From the NCBI GenBank assembly GCA_938009275.1, contig CALLHY010000030.1:11776-75775 (forward strand): DNA of 64,000 nt, given 5' to 3'. Numbering within the stretch: the first letter of the stretch is position 1; every line of letters begins with the position of its first letter. Position numbers and translations under genes: made by a program. The notes under the pieces are model-generated. The model was given only the letters and a program-made list of their open reading frames with translations, ran no database searches and had not been told where the DNA came from. This document shows, one piece after another, positions 20,607 to 30,760 of the stretch. Origin of the DNA: an uncultured bacterium (lineage in GTDB: Bacteria; Cloacimonadota; Cloacimonadia; Cloacimonadales; Cloacimonadaceae).

Positions 20607-22718
20607 TTATTGCACATAGCCCCGTATCCGCTTCAAAACTTCGTTCTGAACATTAACGGGTGTTATCTCATATTTTTTGAATTCCAAGGTATAAATTGCC
20701 CGTCCCTGGCTTAATGAACGGATGCGGGTGGAATAGCCAAACAGCTCGGATAAAGGGGCTTCAGCAGTAAGCTCTTGCTGGTATTCGCTGTGTCTGCGCA
20801 TCACATCAATCTTGCCACGCTTGGCATTAATGTCGCTTATAATATCACCAATGAAGTCATCTGGGCTTAGTACTGTTAGCAGCATTATTGGCTCCATTAT
20901 AACCGGTGATGCCTCGCGTAAACCACGGCTTACTGCCATACCTGTGGCTATCTTGAAAGCAAGTTCGTTAGAATCAACCGGATTAAAGTCTCCTCCTATC
21001 AATTCTACTTTTACTCGTTCCACATTACCGCTAATCAATGGCCCATCATTCAGCGCGTTCAGAGCCGCTTCCTCTATTGCTTTATGGTATTCCAGTGGTA
21101 TTTGATCATCAGCAATGTTACTTACAAATACATTGCGTGCTTCATCGGGTAGCTCGCTAAGGGCAAGCGGAGTTATCCTGAACACCACCTTGGCATAGTT
21201 GCCCTTTCCGTTCATATCCCGCTGGAAAACCTCGGTAATTGATACCTGCTTGGTAATGGTTTCCTTATACGATACTTGCGGATTACCAACATTTGCCGCA
21301 ACCCCAAACTCACGCCGAAGTCTATCAACTATGATATCCAGATGCAGCTCCCCCATTCCTGATATCAGCATTTGCCCGCTATCTTTGTCGATATGCACTT
21401 TAAAAGTTGGGTCTTCCTCCTCCAGGCGGGTTAATGCCAAGCCCAGATTCTCTTGATCAGCCTTGGTTTTCGGTTCGATGGCAATGGAGATAACAGAATC
21501 AGGAAAATGCATCTTAGACAGTAAGATATCTATGTTTCCATCCGTTAGGGTGTCACCTGTTGCAATAAATTTGGCACCCACAATAGCCCCAATGTCACCG
21601 GCATGAAGGTTATCCAGATCATTCTTTCGGTTACTCATCATTTGCAGCATTCGCGAGATGCGTTCTTTCTTGCCGCTGGTTTGGTTATAAAACATCGCCC
21701 CCTTCTTTACCGTACCGGAATACACGCGAATGTACACCAGCTTCCCCAGATATTTATCGATCTGAACTTTGAAAGCCAAGGCCACAAACGGTTCATTGGG
21801 ATCGGGAGGCACTATTTTTTCTTCATGCGTTTGAGGATCAAAGCCTTTGGTTACGCCAATGTCCAGGGGTGAGGGAAGGAAGTCGCAAACAGCATCCAAC
21901 AGAAGCTGTAAGCCCTTGTTTTTAAGCGAGCTGCCGCATAGCACCGGGATGAACTTATGCTGTATGGTGGCAGTCCTGATTGCCTGTTTTAATAGTTCTA
22001 CAGGCACTTCTTCCCCCTCAAGAAACAGCATCATCAGTTCGTCGCTATACTCGCTTACCGCTTCCAACAGCTCTTCACGCATCTGCTTTGCAGTGGGTAA
22101 AAGCTTTTCGGGAATATCGGAGAGCTGAACTTCTGAGCCGGAAGTGAGGGGATCAAAATGCCATGCTTTCATAGTAATAAGGTCTATTACTCCCTCGAAA
22201 TTGTCTTCTTTGCCAATGGGGAAGTTTATTGGATGTGCATTAGGAGTTAAACGCTCATGTATCATTTGGATAACACGCTCATAATCCGCACCGGTTCTGT
22301 CCAACTTATTCACATAAGCCAGGCGCGGGACATTATATCTATCTGCTTGATGCCATACTGTTTCCGATTGAGGTTCCACACCTCCAACCGCGCAAAAGAC
22401 CCCAACGGCACCATCCAAAACACGCAGTGACCGCTCTACCTCTGCTGTGAAATCCACATGGCCAGGGGTGTCGATGATGTTTATCCGGTAGTTGTTCCAC
22501 AGGCATGTAACCGTGGCAGCGGTGATGGTAATACCGCGTTCGCGTTCTTGCTCCATCCAGTCGGTAAAGGCATTGCCATCATGCACTTCGCCCATCTTAT
22601 GCAGGAATCCGGTATAAAACAGTATTCTTTCGGTAGTTGTGGTTTTACCAGCGTCAATATGCGCCATTATGCCGATATTACGTATTTGGGAAAGCGGACT
22701 GTCCGCGTCGCTATTCAT
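20607..22718 (-). CDS. fusA: Elongation factor G family GTPase
   Basis: 703 aa with G1-G4 motifs [20 protein letters not shown] and NKLD, plus full EF-G domains II-V. It is not in an rpsL-rpsG-tuf context, so it may be an EF-G paralog. Confidence 0.85.
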   Translation of the reverse strand: MNSDADSPLSQIRNIGIMAHIDAGKTTTTERILFYTGFLHKMGEVHDGNAFTDWMEQERERGITITAATVTCLWNNYRINIIDTPGHVDFTAEVERSLRVLDGAVGVFCAVGGVEPQSETVWHQADRYNVPRLAYVNKLDRTGADYERVIQMIHERLTPNAHPINFPIGKEDNFEGVIDLITMKAWHFDPLTSGSEVQLSDIPEKLLPTAKQMREELLEAVSEYSDELMMLFLEGEEVPVELLKQAIRTATIQHKFIPVLCGSSLKNKGLQLLLDAVCDFLPSPLDIGVTKGFDPQTHEEKIVPPDPNEPFVALAFKVQIDKYLGKLVYIRVYSGTVKKGAMFYNQTSGKKERISRMLQMMSNRKNDLDNLHAGDIGAIVGAKFIATGDTLTDGNIDILLSKMHFPDSVISIAIEPKTKADQENLGLALTRLEEEDPTFKVHIDKDSGQMLISGMGELHLDIIVDRLRREFGVAANVGNPQVSYKETITKQVSITEVFQRDMNGKGNYAKVVFRITPLALSELPDEARNVFVSNIADDQIPLEYHKAIEEAALNALNDGPLISGNVERVKVELIGGDFNPVDSNELAFKIATGMAVSRGLREASPVIMEPIMLLTVLSPDDFIGDIISDINAKRGKIDVMRRHSEYQQELTAEAPLSELFGYSTRIRSLSQGRAIYTLEFKKYEITPVNVQNEVLKRIRGYVQ

Positions 22719-22794
22719 AGATTATTCCTTTATAGTCGTGTGTAGGGACAAGAAAAACTTGGCGGGATTGTTTGTCTATCAAAAAAAGCTATTA

Positions 22795-22815
22795 CTGCTG
22801 CTTCCTTGCTCCTAC
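22795..22815. repeat. Half copy of the long palindromic repeat (left arm only)
   Basis: ctgctgcttccttgctcctac matches the left arm of 586-616. Confidence 0.5.
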
Positions 22816-22909
22816 TGCTTATGCAATAGGCATGAATTACGGATGAAACCCGTAGTTCTTCCTAATGATTCTGATGCCCGGGCAGGAGAAAAGCAACTGA
22901 TTATATAGC

Positions 22910-22940
22910 AAGGCTGATACATTTAGCACGTATCAGCCTT
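22910..22940 (-). terminator. Hairpin downstream of the efflux operon
   Basis: aaggctgatac (22910-22920) pairs with gtatcagcctt (22930-22940). It lies 25 nt past the permease stop on the minus strand and has no clear U-tract. Confidence 0.45.
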
Positions 22941-22964
22941 AAGTTATAGTATAATTGTTAATGC

Positions 22965-24182
22965 TTATTCGTATCTTAGGGCATCAATTAGATTAAGGTT
23001 AGCAGCTTTCGAGGCAGGATACCAACCAAAAAATATACCAATGGCCATAGAAAACCCAACGGATAAAACTACCGACCATGGGGTCACAGCCACGCTCCAC
23101 TTCATTATGTCACCCACAATCTTTGCTGCGGCAAAGCCGAGAAAGATGCCTAATATACCGCCTATGATGCTTATGGCAACTGCTTCTATTATGAATTGTA
23201 GCAAAACATCACGTTTCCCGGCACCAACCGCCATTCTAATCCCGATTTCTTTTATTCGTTCCGTTACCGAGACCAGCATGATGTTCATGATGCCTATTCC
23301 GCCAACCAGCAGCGAGATTCCAGCTATTGATGCCAGGAGAATAGTTAATGTATTAGATACACTGTTAGCTGTGTCAGCAAGTTCGGTTTGAGTTCTAACC
23401 GAGAACACTTCGCTGGTGGTTCCTCTATGCCTGCTTTGCAGCAGATCAAGTATATCTTGTTGCACTACTTGTATGGCTTCTTTGCTCTTTGCGGACACTA
23501 GCACCATCATATTGCGCCAACGTTGCCCCAGTAGCCTGGTATAAACCGTAGTGTAGGGTGCTATAACCGTGTCATCCTGATCCATGCCCATCACATTCTG
23601 GCCTTTAGCTTCCAGCACTCCTTTCACGGTAAAGGGGATATTTCGGATGCGTATTATCTTGTCCACGGGGTCAACATCTCCAAAGAGGTTGTCGGCAACT
23701 GTCTTGCCAATCACACACACTTTGGCACCCATCTCAACTTCAGAAGCATGGAACAGCTCACCTTGACTGGTCTTCATATCGCGAATGAAGAAATAATCCG
23801 CATCGACGCCCATTATACCTGTGCGCCAGTTACTGCCTTCAAACTTCAGCTGCCCCCAAGTGTTGTACACTGTAGATGCATACAGCACACCGTCAACGTT
23901 ATCCCTAATAGCTTCCACGTCTTCAACTTCCAGCAAGGTTCCGCCCCCTGCGGCTTGCCTGACGTTCGAAGAAGATTGCATAAAATTAACGGTTACCATT
24001 ATTACATTCGTGCCCATAGAGTTAACCTGGTCCTCCACAATCTTCTTAGCTCCCTGTCCGATGGCAAGCATGGTTATTACTGCTGCAACACCGATTATAA
24101 TGCCCAGCATAGTAAGAAAGGTTCTGGTTTTATTCCTGGTTAGCGATTTCAAGGCGATTCGAATAATTCCAAAGATAGACAT
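22965..24182 (-). CDS. ABC transporter permease, MacB/FtsX type
   Basis: IRIALKSLTRNKTRTFLTMLGIIIGVAAVI N-terminus, a large periplasmic domain and a C-terminal FtsX-like four-TM region. Confidence 0.85.
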   Translation of the reverse strand: MSIFGIIRIALKSLTRNKTRTFLTMLGIIIGVAAVITMLAIGQGAKKIVEDQVNSMGTNVIMVTVNFMQSSSNVRQAAGGGTLLEVEDVEAIRDNVDGVLYASTVYNTWGQLKFEGSNWRTGIMGVDADYFFIRDMKTSQGELFHASEVEMGAKVCVIGKTVADNLFGDVDPVDKIIRIRNIPFTVKGVLEAKGQNVMGMDQDDTVIAPYTTVYTRLLGQRWRNMMVLVSAKSKEAIQVVQQDILDLLQSRHRGTTSEVFSVRTQTELADTANSVSNTLTILLASIAGISLLVGGIGIMNIMLVSVTERIKEIGIRMAVGAGKRDVLLQFIIEAVAISIIGGILGIFLGFAAAKIVGDIMKWSVAVTPWSVVLSVGFSMAIGIFFGWYPASKAANLNLIDALRYE

Positions 24183-24943
24183 TAATCCTCCTCGTCCAAT
24201 GAAGGGAGATTCATTAAGTCATCCGTCGCAATGCGAGGACTTGGGTTAACCCTATCGCTAATAATCTTACCGTCACGGAAGGTTATCAGTCTATCTGAGT
24301 ATTGAGCAATATCGTTCTCATGGGTTACCAATACTATTGTTTTGCCCTGCCTGTGCAGTTCCTGGAACACAGCCATTACTTCTATGCTGGTGCGGGTATC
24401 AAGATTACCTGTAGGTTCGTCGGCAAGGATGAACACAGGATCATTTACTATAGCCCGAGCAATGGCCACACGCTGCTGCTGACCACCGGAAAGCTGGTTT
24501 GGGAAATGCTTTGCTCTATCGGCAATACCAACAATAGACAGTGCATGCCTGGCTTTTTCGTGCCTTTCGTGCAGTGAGCACTTTTTGCAATAGAGAAGTG
24601 GCAGTTCCACGTTCTCCAGTGCAGTAGTGCGGGGCAACAGGTAGAAGCTTTGGAATACATATCCAATCTTTTGGTTGCGTATCTGTGATAGCTCAGTTTC
24701 GCTCATTTGGTGCACGGCAATACCGTCCAGAATGTATGAACCAGATGTCGGTTTGTCAAGACAGCCGAGTAGATTCATGAACGTTGTTTTTCCGCTGCCA
24801 CTGGCACCCATAATGGCTATAAATTCACCAGTGTTTATGTTTAGGTCTATTCCGCGCAGAGCATGAACCTGAATGTCACCCATGGTATAGGTCTTTATCA
24901 GGTGTTCTGTGCTTAATAATCGTGTCTTATCCTGATTTGCCAT
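24182..24943 (-). CDS. ABC transporter ATP-binding protein (MacB/LolD type)
   Basis: Walker [10 protein letters not shown], signature [14 protein letters not shown] and Walker [12 protein letters not shown]. Confidence 0.9.
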   Translation of the reverse strand: MANQDKTRLLSTEHLIKTYTMGDIQVHALRGIDLNINTGEFIAIMGASGSGKTTFMNLLGCLDKPTSGSYILDGIAVHQMSETELSQIRNQKIGYVFQSFYLLPRTTALENVELPLLYCKKCSLHERHEKARHALSIVGIADRAKHFPNQLSGGQQQRVAIARAIVNDPVFILADEPTGNLDTRTSIEVMAVFQELHRQGKTIVLVTHENDIAQYSDRLITFRDGKIISDRVNPSPRIATDDLMNLPSLDEED

Positions 24944-24945
24944 AT

Positions 24946-26340
24946 TTAGAATCTACGCCCCATTCCCGGGCCAGTAGGCGATGTGTTATTATTCTGCTTT
25001 ATATCCTTGTAAATAACGCCCGTGATAAATGATGCTTTTTCGTCTAAGCCTTCTACCACCTCAACAAATGCACCGTCTGAGATTCCGATCTTTACCGGTA
25101 CCGGCTTCGGGGTATTTCCTTCAAGCACCCAAACTATAGCTGTTCTTGTTCTGGCTCCACTGCCGAACCCCATACTCATAGGCGCAAAGCCGGGACCGGC
25201 TCCACGTCCGCCACCACCGCCTTGTCGGGCTGCCATCTTTGCCTTTATACTGTCGGGCATGTTTCCGCCTTGTTTGAAAGTCGGTTTTGGCAATTCAGCT
25301 TTCTTTTCAGTGGCTTTGGCTTCACCTTGGGCAACGGATTTGGCTTTCTCAGCAGCAGCTTTCATGGCATTACGCCCTGCATTCAGAAGCTCATCATCCC
25401 ATTTGAGGCCAAACTGCTCCCAAATCTCCTGACTGGGTCTAAATCTGGTGGCAGTCTCTGGTATGCGCATAGTATTCTCTTTTGCCTGAATAACTATGGT
25501 TACATTTGTTGTCATGCCGGGTAACAGCTTGCGTTCCGGATTTGCCGCGTCTATTATAACGCTGTAAGACACCACATTGGAATCGGTTGTTGGATTAAGG
25601 CGTATCTGCTTCACCGAGCCTTCAAAGCGGTTCGTAGGATAGGCGTCAACGTTGAATTCTACTGGCAAGCCTATCTTTACCTTTCCGATATCTGCCTCGT
25701 CCACATTTGCTGTAATCTGCATCTGATCCAGGTTGTTTGCTATCTTGAACAAGGTTGGTGAACTCATGCTGGCTGCAACAGTTTGCCCTTCATCCACATC
25801 GCGTGATACTATTATGCCATCAATTGGACTGGTTATGGAGGCATTGTCCAGGTTCTTCTGTGCCCGCTGCAAGTTCAAACGGGCATTGGCAACCGATTGC
25901 TGGGCTGTTTCATACTTGAATCTAGCTTTGGTTACGTCGTATTCTGGTGTCATGTTCTTTTTGAATAGCTCTTTTAGCAGTTCATAGTCCAGCTTGGCCT
26001 CTTCCATTGCGGTAGTTGCCTTGGATAGATCACCCTTTGAAGCTTCCAGATTGGTTCTAAGTATCTCCGTATCGAGCTTGGCAAGCAATTCACCTTTCCT
26101 AACCCGATCATTAAAGTCCTTGTATATCTTGTCTATCTTCCCGCTAACTTCCGTGCCCACGGAGACTAACACATAAGGATTTAGCGATCCAGTTGCAGTT
26201 ACTACTTCTCTAACGGAGCCCTGAGATGCAGTGTCCGTTCTCCATTCCGGCATGTTTTTTTTCTTTTTATAGCGTCCCCAAAGCACCACAGATGCTACAA
26301 TGAGGATTATTACAACGATGAATTTTATGTATTTCTTCAT
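24946..26340 (-). CDS. Efflux periplasmic adaptor (HlyD/MacA family) with a Gly-rich insertion near the C-terminus
   Basis: Signal anchor, coiled-coil hairpin and barrel-sandwich segments, plus a QGGGGGRGAGPGFAPMSMGFGSG insert. Confidence 0.8.
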   Translation of the reverse strand: MKKYIKFIVVIILIVASVVLWGRYKKKKNMPEWRTDTASQGSVREVVTATGSLNPYVLVSVGTEVSGKIDKIYKDFNDRVRKGELLAKLDTEILRTNLEASKGDLSKATTAMEEAKLDYELLKELFKKNMTPEYDVTKARFKYETAQQSVANARLNLQRAQKNLDNASITSPIDGIIVSRDVDEGQTVAASMSSPTLFKIANNLDQMQITANVDEADIGKVKIGLPVEFNVDAYPTNRFEGSVKQIRLNPTTDSNVVSYSVIIDAANPERKLLPGMTTNVTIVIQAKENTMRIPETATRFRPSQEIWEQFGLKWDDELLNAGRNAMKAAAEKAKSVAQGEAKATEKKAELPKPTFKQGGNMPDSIKAKMAARQGGGGGRGAGPGFAPMSMGFGSGARTRTAIVWVLEGNTPKPVPVKIGISDGAFVEVVEGLDEKASFITGVIYKDIKQNNNTSPTGPGMGRRF

Positions 26341-26349
26341 GTTTGATAG

Positions 26350-27594
26350 TTACCATTTCCCTAAGATTTGCTGTGAGAGCAGCTTATTAATAGCTTCTTG
26401 TTTGGCTATTATCTGATACCTGTTTGCATTATAGGCAATATCGGCATCTATGTATTCAGTACGGGTCTTGTCCAGTTCCAATAGCTGAATAAGCCCCAGT
26501 TTATAGCGTTCTTCACCTTGCTTTATCTGTTCGCGGGATTGGGCAAGCCTCTCGCTATAAAGCTCGTCCAAACGCACCAGATACTGCAGTTCACGGTTCA
26601 TGTCGGCATAGTCACGCTCTAATTGATCCTTGGTGTCATCATAACTCAGCTTGGTGATATGCCTGCTAATCTTGGTTCGAATGTCGGATTCACGGTTTTT
26701 GAACTGATTCCACAGCGAATAAGATAGAGACAGGTTCACGCCATGATTGGTGCTGTAGCTGTCGAATTCAAAATCTTCACCGCCAACTCTTCGGGCAAAG
26801 CTATAGCCAACCGACACCTTGGGTAGGTAATCCAGAAAGCTTTGTTTCAAGTTCAAGTCTGCTTTCTTAAGATCATGTTCCAAAATCTTTAGCTCTGTAA
26901 CCCCGGAAGTAGTGAAAGCTGGTGCTTCCTTGTCAGTATGCACTTCGATGTCTGCCAGATCAAAGCCTTCATCTTGCATCTGCACCAAGGCAAATAGCTT
27001 GTTACGAGCCGAGGCAATGCTGTTTTCCAATTGGATAATGCCAATGCGCGAGTTCATTACTGCAATCTCACTTTGCTTTACTTCGAATGGCGTAGTTTTC
27101 CCAAGCTGTAATAGCACCTTGTTTTGCTCCCAAACTCTGGTTTGAATGGCTAAGTTTTCTTGCAGTGATTCCTGACGCTTGGAGGCGGAAAGAACATCCA
27201 CGTAAGCACTGAATACCTGATAGGCATAGTCCCGGTTAGATTGTTCAAGCCTTAGCTTCGCGCTTTCATTCTCAATGGATGACTGCCTATAGTTAAAGTA
27301 AGCTGCATCATTCAGGCTAATGGTTTTAGATATGGATATGCCTGCTGAACTGCTCAAATCCTTATTCTGTATCACAGGATCAAAGTCCTTATCCACACCC
27401 GCAGTAAGCATTGCATCGGGCAGCAGGTTCCACTTGGCAGAATTCAGATTGCTTAAGCTTGATTTGGCATTCAGCTCGTTACGCTGAACACTATAGCTAT
27501 GGCTTAGGCCATAGTTAATCATCTGCTCCAAGGTATATTCACCGGCCATCAAATATACCGGCAGCATCAATAATAGGAAGGCTAAGCGTTTCAT
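26350..27594 (-). CDS. TolC-family outer-membrane efflux protein
   Basis: The likely start is MKRLAFLLLMLPVYLMAG (residue 23 of the track ORF). It has two repeats of the coiled-coil/beta pattern typical of TolC-family proteins. Confidence 0.8.
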   Translation of the reverse strand: MKRLAFLLLMLPVYLMAGEYTLEQMINYGLSHSYSVQRNELNAKSSLSNLNSAKWNLLPDAMLTAGVDKDFDPVIQNKDLSSSAGISISKTISLNDAAYFNYRQSSIENESAKLRLEQSNRDYAYQVFSAYVDVLSASKRQESLQENLAIQTRVWEQNKVLLQLGKTTPFEVKQSEIAVMNSRIGIIQLENSIASARNKLFALVQMQDEGFDLADIEVHTDKEAPAFTTSGVTELKILEHDLKKADLNLKQSFLDYLPKVSVGYSFARRVGGEDFEFDSYSTNHGVNLSLSYSLWNQFKNRESDIRTKISRHITKLSYDDTKDQLERDYADMNRELQYLVRLDELYSERLAQSREQIKQGEERYKLGLIQLLELDKTRTEYIDADIAYNANRYQIIAKQEAINKLLSQQILGKW

Positions 27595-27868
27595 GTTCCC
27601 TCTTGTTATGTTAATCTGTAAAAATCTAAAAAACCTATCGAAGTGTGCGGCTAATGCCACCTTTGTCTATATGTCATACATTCGAAAGCCTGTTTTCCTG
27701 CAAGATATTTTTTGGCTCACGCTGCTTTACTCTACCCATTCTGTAGTGCATGTTGAACGCTGGCATACTTAGCTAAACTGAGCACCACGAAAAAAACCTC
27801 TTGCCTGAAAGCATGCAAGTTTAAAACTGGCACTTGGAAATAAACACATAATAATAAAGGAGATACCA

Positions 27869-28870
27869 ATGGCTTTCAACCTAAGAAACCGCCACTTCCT
27901 AACCCTGATGGATTTTAGCCCTAAGGAAATCAAGTATTTGCTCGATCTTTCTCTCGACCTCAAAAAAGCTAAATATGCCGGAACCGAACAGCAGAAACTG
28001 AAAGGCAAAAACATTGCCCTCATCTTCGAAAAAGACAGCACCCGTACCCGCTGCGCCTTCGAAGTTGCCGCTCTGGATCAGGGTGCCCACGTTACCTATC
28101 TTGGCCCCACCGGAAGCCAAATGGGCAAAAAGGAATCCATTGCCGATACAGCACGCGTGCTTGGCAGAATGTATGACGGCATAGAATACCGCGGTTATGG
28201 ACAGGAAATCGTGGAAGAGCTGGCTAAGTACGCTGGCGTACCAGTTTGGAACGGACTTACCACAGAAGACCACCCCACCCAGGTGCTGGCAGACTTTATG
28301 ACCGCCATGGAACACCTGAACAAGCCCACCCACGAGATGACCTTCGTATATGCCGGTGACGGACGCAACAACGTTGCCAATGCCCTGATGATTGGTGCTT
28401 GCAAAACAGGTATGGACTTCCGCATTGTTGCCCCCAAAAGCCTGTTCCCCGAAAAGAAACTCCTTGCCAAATGCCAGGCTGTTGCCAAAGAAACCGGTGC
28501 CAAGATTACCGTTACCGACGACATTGCCAAAGGTGTGAAAGGCGCAGACGTTATCTACACCGATGTTTGGGTTAGCATGGGCGAGCCGGACAGCGTTTGG
28601 GAAAGCCGTATTAAGCTGCTGAAACCCTATCAGGTGAATGCCGACATGATGAAGAAGACAGGGAAATCAACCACACTATTTATGCACTGCCTGCCTGCTT
28701 TCCACGATCTTAATACCACCGTTGGCAAACAGATTTACGAAAAGTTCGGGCTTACCAGCATGGAAGTTAGTGATGACGTTTTCGAAGGCCCCAATAGCGT
28801 GGTTTTCGATGAAGCCGAAAACAGAATGCACACTATTAAAGCAGTTATGGTGGCAACTTTAGGCGCGTAA
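27869..28870 (+). CDS. argF: Ornithine carbamoyltransferase
   Basis: STRTR, HPTQ, DVWVSMG and HCLPAF motifs. AAGGAG RBS. Confidence 0.9.
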   Translation: MAFNLRNRHFLTLMDFSPKEIKYLLDLSLDLKKAKYAGTEQQKLKGKNIALIFEKDSTRTRCAFEVAALDQGAHVTYLGPTGSQMGKKESIADTARVLGRMYDGIEYRGYGQEIVEELAKYAGVPVWNGLTTEDHPTQVLADFMTAMEHLNKPTHEMTFVYAGDGRNNVANALMIGACKTGMDFRIVAPKSLFPEKKLLAKCQAVAKETGAKITVTDDIAKGVKGADVIYTDVWVSMGEPDSVWESRIKLLKPYQVNADMMKKTGKSTTLFMHCLPAFHDLNTTVGKQIYEKFGLTSMEVSDDVFEGPNSVVFDEAENRMHTIKAVMVATLGA

Positions 28871-28893
28871 CTGATACAAACTATAGCAACCCG

Positions 28894-28922
28894 GGAGAGG
28901 CTTAATCGCCTCTCCTTTCTTT
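28894..28922 (+). terminator. Rho-independent terminator of argF
   Basis: ggagaggc (28894-28901) pairs with gcctctcc (28908-28915), followed by tttcttt. Confidence 0.7.
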
Positions 28923-28932
28923 ACCCCAGCGC

Positions 28933-29110
28933 TTCTTCGACCTCTCGACTCCCCCGCACTCCAGCACTCCAGCACTTTCTATCACTCTTCCACTTTTCCA
29001 CTTTCGTAGCTACGGAAAGCTACGTTACCTCTCGACCCTCTCGACCTCTCGACCCCTCGACTTCTCGACCTCTCGACTCCCCCGCACGCCAGAACACCAG
29101 CACCCCAGCA
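28933..29110. repeat. Pyrimidine-rich cryptic repeat built of about 8-nt units ending in -gac or -cac, including a roughly 45-bp direct repeat
   Basis: The units read ctctcgac / cctctcgac / ccctcgac / ttctcgac / tccagcac / ttttccac. The block ttcgacctctcgactcccccgcac[t/g]ccag.ac.ccagcac occurs at about 28936-28975 and again at about 29062-29110. A central hairpin is cgtagc-tacggaaa-gctacg. Confidence 0.8.
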
Positions 29111-29334
29111 CATATCACACTCTATCCACTCATAAAAGACCTCGGCATTTTGCATACCTCTACTATACTGGGGGTGGACAAAAATGAAAAATAATGGACA
29201 AAAACTAGATATATTTTGTGCGCATTGCCATAAGCATCTGCATATAGTAGCGTAAGAATGTTAGGCTTTGATGTAATATGGGCTAACCCCATTGTCGTTC
29301 CCGACTCAATCGGGAATCCAGTTCTGTATCAACA

Positions 29335-29339
29335 CCGTT
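29335..29339. repeat. Left copy of the putative 5-bp target-site duplication CCGTT
   Basis: CCGTT immediately precedes the left inverted repeat. The same pentamer immediately follows the right inverted repeat at 60411-60415. Confidence 0.5.
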
Positions 29340-29370
29340 TATAAACTGACACCCAAAGCTGCAAGTTGTG
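29340..29370 (+). repeat. Left terminal inverted repeat
   Basis: tataaactgacacccaaagctgcaagttgtg compared with the reverse complement of 60380-60410 (tgcaaactgacaacgaaaactgcatattgtg) gives 24 of 31 matches, including a 9-nt core aaactgaca. Confidence 0.6.
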
Positions 29371-29549
29371 ACACAAGGTGAAAGTGGGGATAAGGCTTTA
29401 TGTGGTGGTGATATACGATGGACTTGCTTTGGAAATGTCCAAGCGCCTATTTGGACGTAATTGGACTGATTGCTGACACTTTAGCTGCAAATTAGGGGGG
29501 CGTTTGGACAGGCTTTGGAAAGAGCAGTTGGGAATTTTATTCTAGCAAA

Positions 29550-30305
29550 TTAATAAAAGCGCAATTGGAGTGCGATTGTGCCGATCAAGAAAGCTCCGTA
29601 ATTCCAATCTGAGTCTAAAACCAGAACCGGATAGTCTATATTAAATGGTTGGAGGATAATCTGTTGCCTGTGGTGGTCGATCTGCACCTTCTTGATGGTG
29701 AGACCATCGTCAGTCCTTACAACTGCAATTTTACCATCTGCATTTTCCCAGCTTAGATCACTCTTGATGACCACGATGTCCTGATGTAGGATCACAGGCT
29801 CCATGCTCTTGCCATTTATTTGAAAGACAGTGTATTGCTTGGGATTGCCAGGCAGAAATGAGATTGGCAATTGAATCTGTCCCACCTGACTCCACTCGTC
29901 TTTAATCTCTATCGGAGGTCCGGCAGCTATTTCACCAACTATGGGAAAGGTGATAGACCGAGTAGGATCGAAGTCCTGATTGTTGATGGGATGCAGGATT
30001 GGTGATACTATTGATGGAGTTGAGTTATCTGTATTGGTTTGCTTAGTGGGCGTCTGATTGGACTGGATAAGCTCCTGGAACTCATCTTTGGCATACATAG
30101 AACCGTTTCCAGTAAAGAGCCAGTGGAGGTTGATCTGATCTTTGGAGAGGGCTTCCAAGAACTCCGGATCGGGATAGCGCTCATTCAGCTTGTATCTTGA
30201 TAGGGAGGCACGAGAGATGCCATACTTATTGGCAAACTGGTAATCCTTCAGGCGCATGGCCTTAATCACCAAGCTAAGACGTTGTCCTATTGTAGGTTTA
30301 TTCAT
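29550..30305 (-). CDS. CI/LexA-like repressor (XRE HTH plus S24 autopeptidase domain)
   Basis: N-terminal HTH: IGQRLSLVIKAMRLKDYQFANKYGISRASLSRY. C-terminal GKSMEPVILHQDIVVI (Ser) and a downstream TIKKV (Lys). It is transcribed toward the left end, like Mu c. Confidence 0.85.
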   Translation of the reverse strand: MNKPTIGQRLSLVIKAMRLKDYQFANKYGISRASLSRYKLNERYPDPEFLEALSKDQINLHWLFTGNGSMYAKDEFQELIQSNQTPTKQTNTDNSTPSIVSPILHPINNQDFDPTRSITFPIVGEIAAGPPIEIKDEWSQVGQIQLPISFLPGNPKQYTVFQINGKSMEPVILHQDIVVIKSDLSWENADGKIAVVRTDDGLTIKKVQIDHHRQQIILQPFNIDYPVLVLDSDWNYGAFLIGTIALQLRFY

Positions 30306-30602
30306 TGTTAACTCCGTATAGCAACTTTACCATTGACCGTTTCCTTGTGGCTGCAGTTATGGTTCCTGATGCCAGTCTACCGGGAGGTGGATTGGAGTCA
30401 ATACTAAAGTGCATACTGTGACTCTGACAAATAATAAGTGATTGCCGGACAATCTTTAAGAAATCCCACAAACTTAACAGAAAGGACTTCCCAAGATTCT
30501 GCCGCTGTTGTTGTTAGCACCCTACTAATACATAAGAGAGGTGTAGTATGACTACAGCGAAAGCAAGACCAATCGGAAGGCAGAAACTGGCGAAATGTGG
30601 GG

Positions 30603-30734
30603 ATGTCCAAGCGGGTAGCCCTGTCCAAGTGGGGGGTGAAAAACAGCCTAACTCATTGATAACTATGATGAGAGGGCAAAATGTCCAAGCGCTTAGCCTC
30701 ATTTTACGGCAGTCTCTGGGAAAATGTCCAAGTG
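30603..30734 (+). promoter_or_regulatory. Array of four direct ATGTCCAAG(C/T)G-type sites in the divergent repressor/early-operon control region (putative operators)
   Basis: Sites are at 30603-30613, 30622-30631 (tgtccaagtg), 30681-30691 and 30724-34. A fifth copy is at 29435-29445, and TGGACA (the reverse complement) recurs at 29176, 29196, 29453 and 29505. Confidence 0.55.
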
Positions 30735-30760
30735 GGTCACGGTTCTTAAAGGATATACAG

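Noticed and set aside
20607-22718. EF-G paralog as a Tet(M)/Tet(O)-type ribosomal protection protein.
   Set aside because: Its length (703 aa) and the [19 protein letters not shown]-type N-terminus fit EF-G proper, and there is no resistance-island context.
28933-29110. Possible CRISPR array or minisatellite-encoded peptide.
   Set aside because: The units are about 8 nt with no spacers of unique sequence, no cas genes are nearby, and there is no ORF. It is a cryptic simple repeat, not a CRISPR array.
29161-29220. Two TGGACAAAAA words and a tatattttgt word (also present at 60490) left of the proposed left end, considered as evidence that the element extends further left.
   Set aside because: There are no matching inverted partners beyond 60410, and the tatattttgt copies are in direct rather than inverted orientation. 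They may be a remnant or chance. I kept the 29340 boundary but with moderate confidence only.
29325-29326. Alternative transposon ends using the canonical Mu TG...CA dinucleotides (TG at 29325-29326 and CA at 60423-60424).
   Set aside because: The 5-nt flanks would be agttc and ctcct, so there is no duplication, and the outer 15-17 nt align poorly. The 29340/60410 boundaries give a CCGTT duplication and a better inverted repeat. The left terminus is then TA rather than TG, which remains a caveat.
29290-29326. Hairpin ttcccga-ctcaa-tcgggaa near the insertion site, considered as a tRNA fragment or att site.
   Set aside because: I could find no cloverleaf, no GTTCGAATC-type T-loop and no acceptor stem. 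It is only a 7-bp stem.
30548-30760. N-terminal 71 codons of track ORF 30548-31126, together with the small minus-strand ORFs 30404-30628 and 30514-30702.
   Set aside because: The four ATGTCCAAG(C/T)G repeats occupy this stretch, which is the divergent control region. An internal ATG at 30761 begins the recognisable HTH domain. I treat the upstream part as non-coding.
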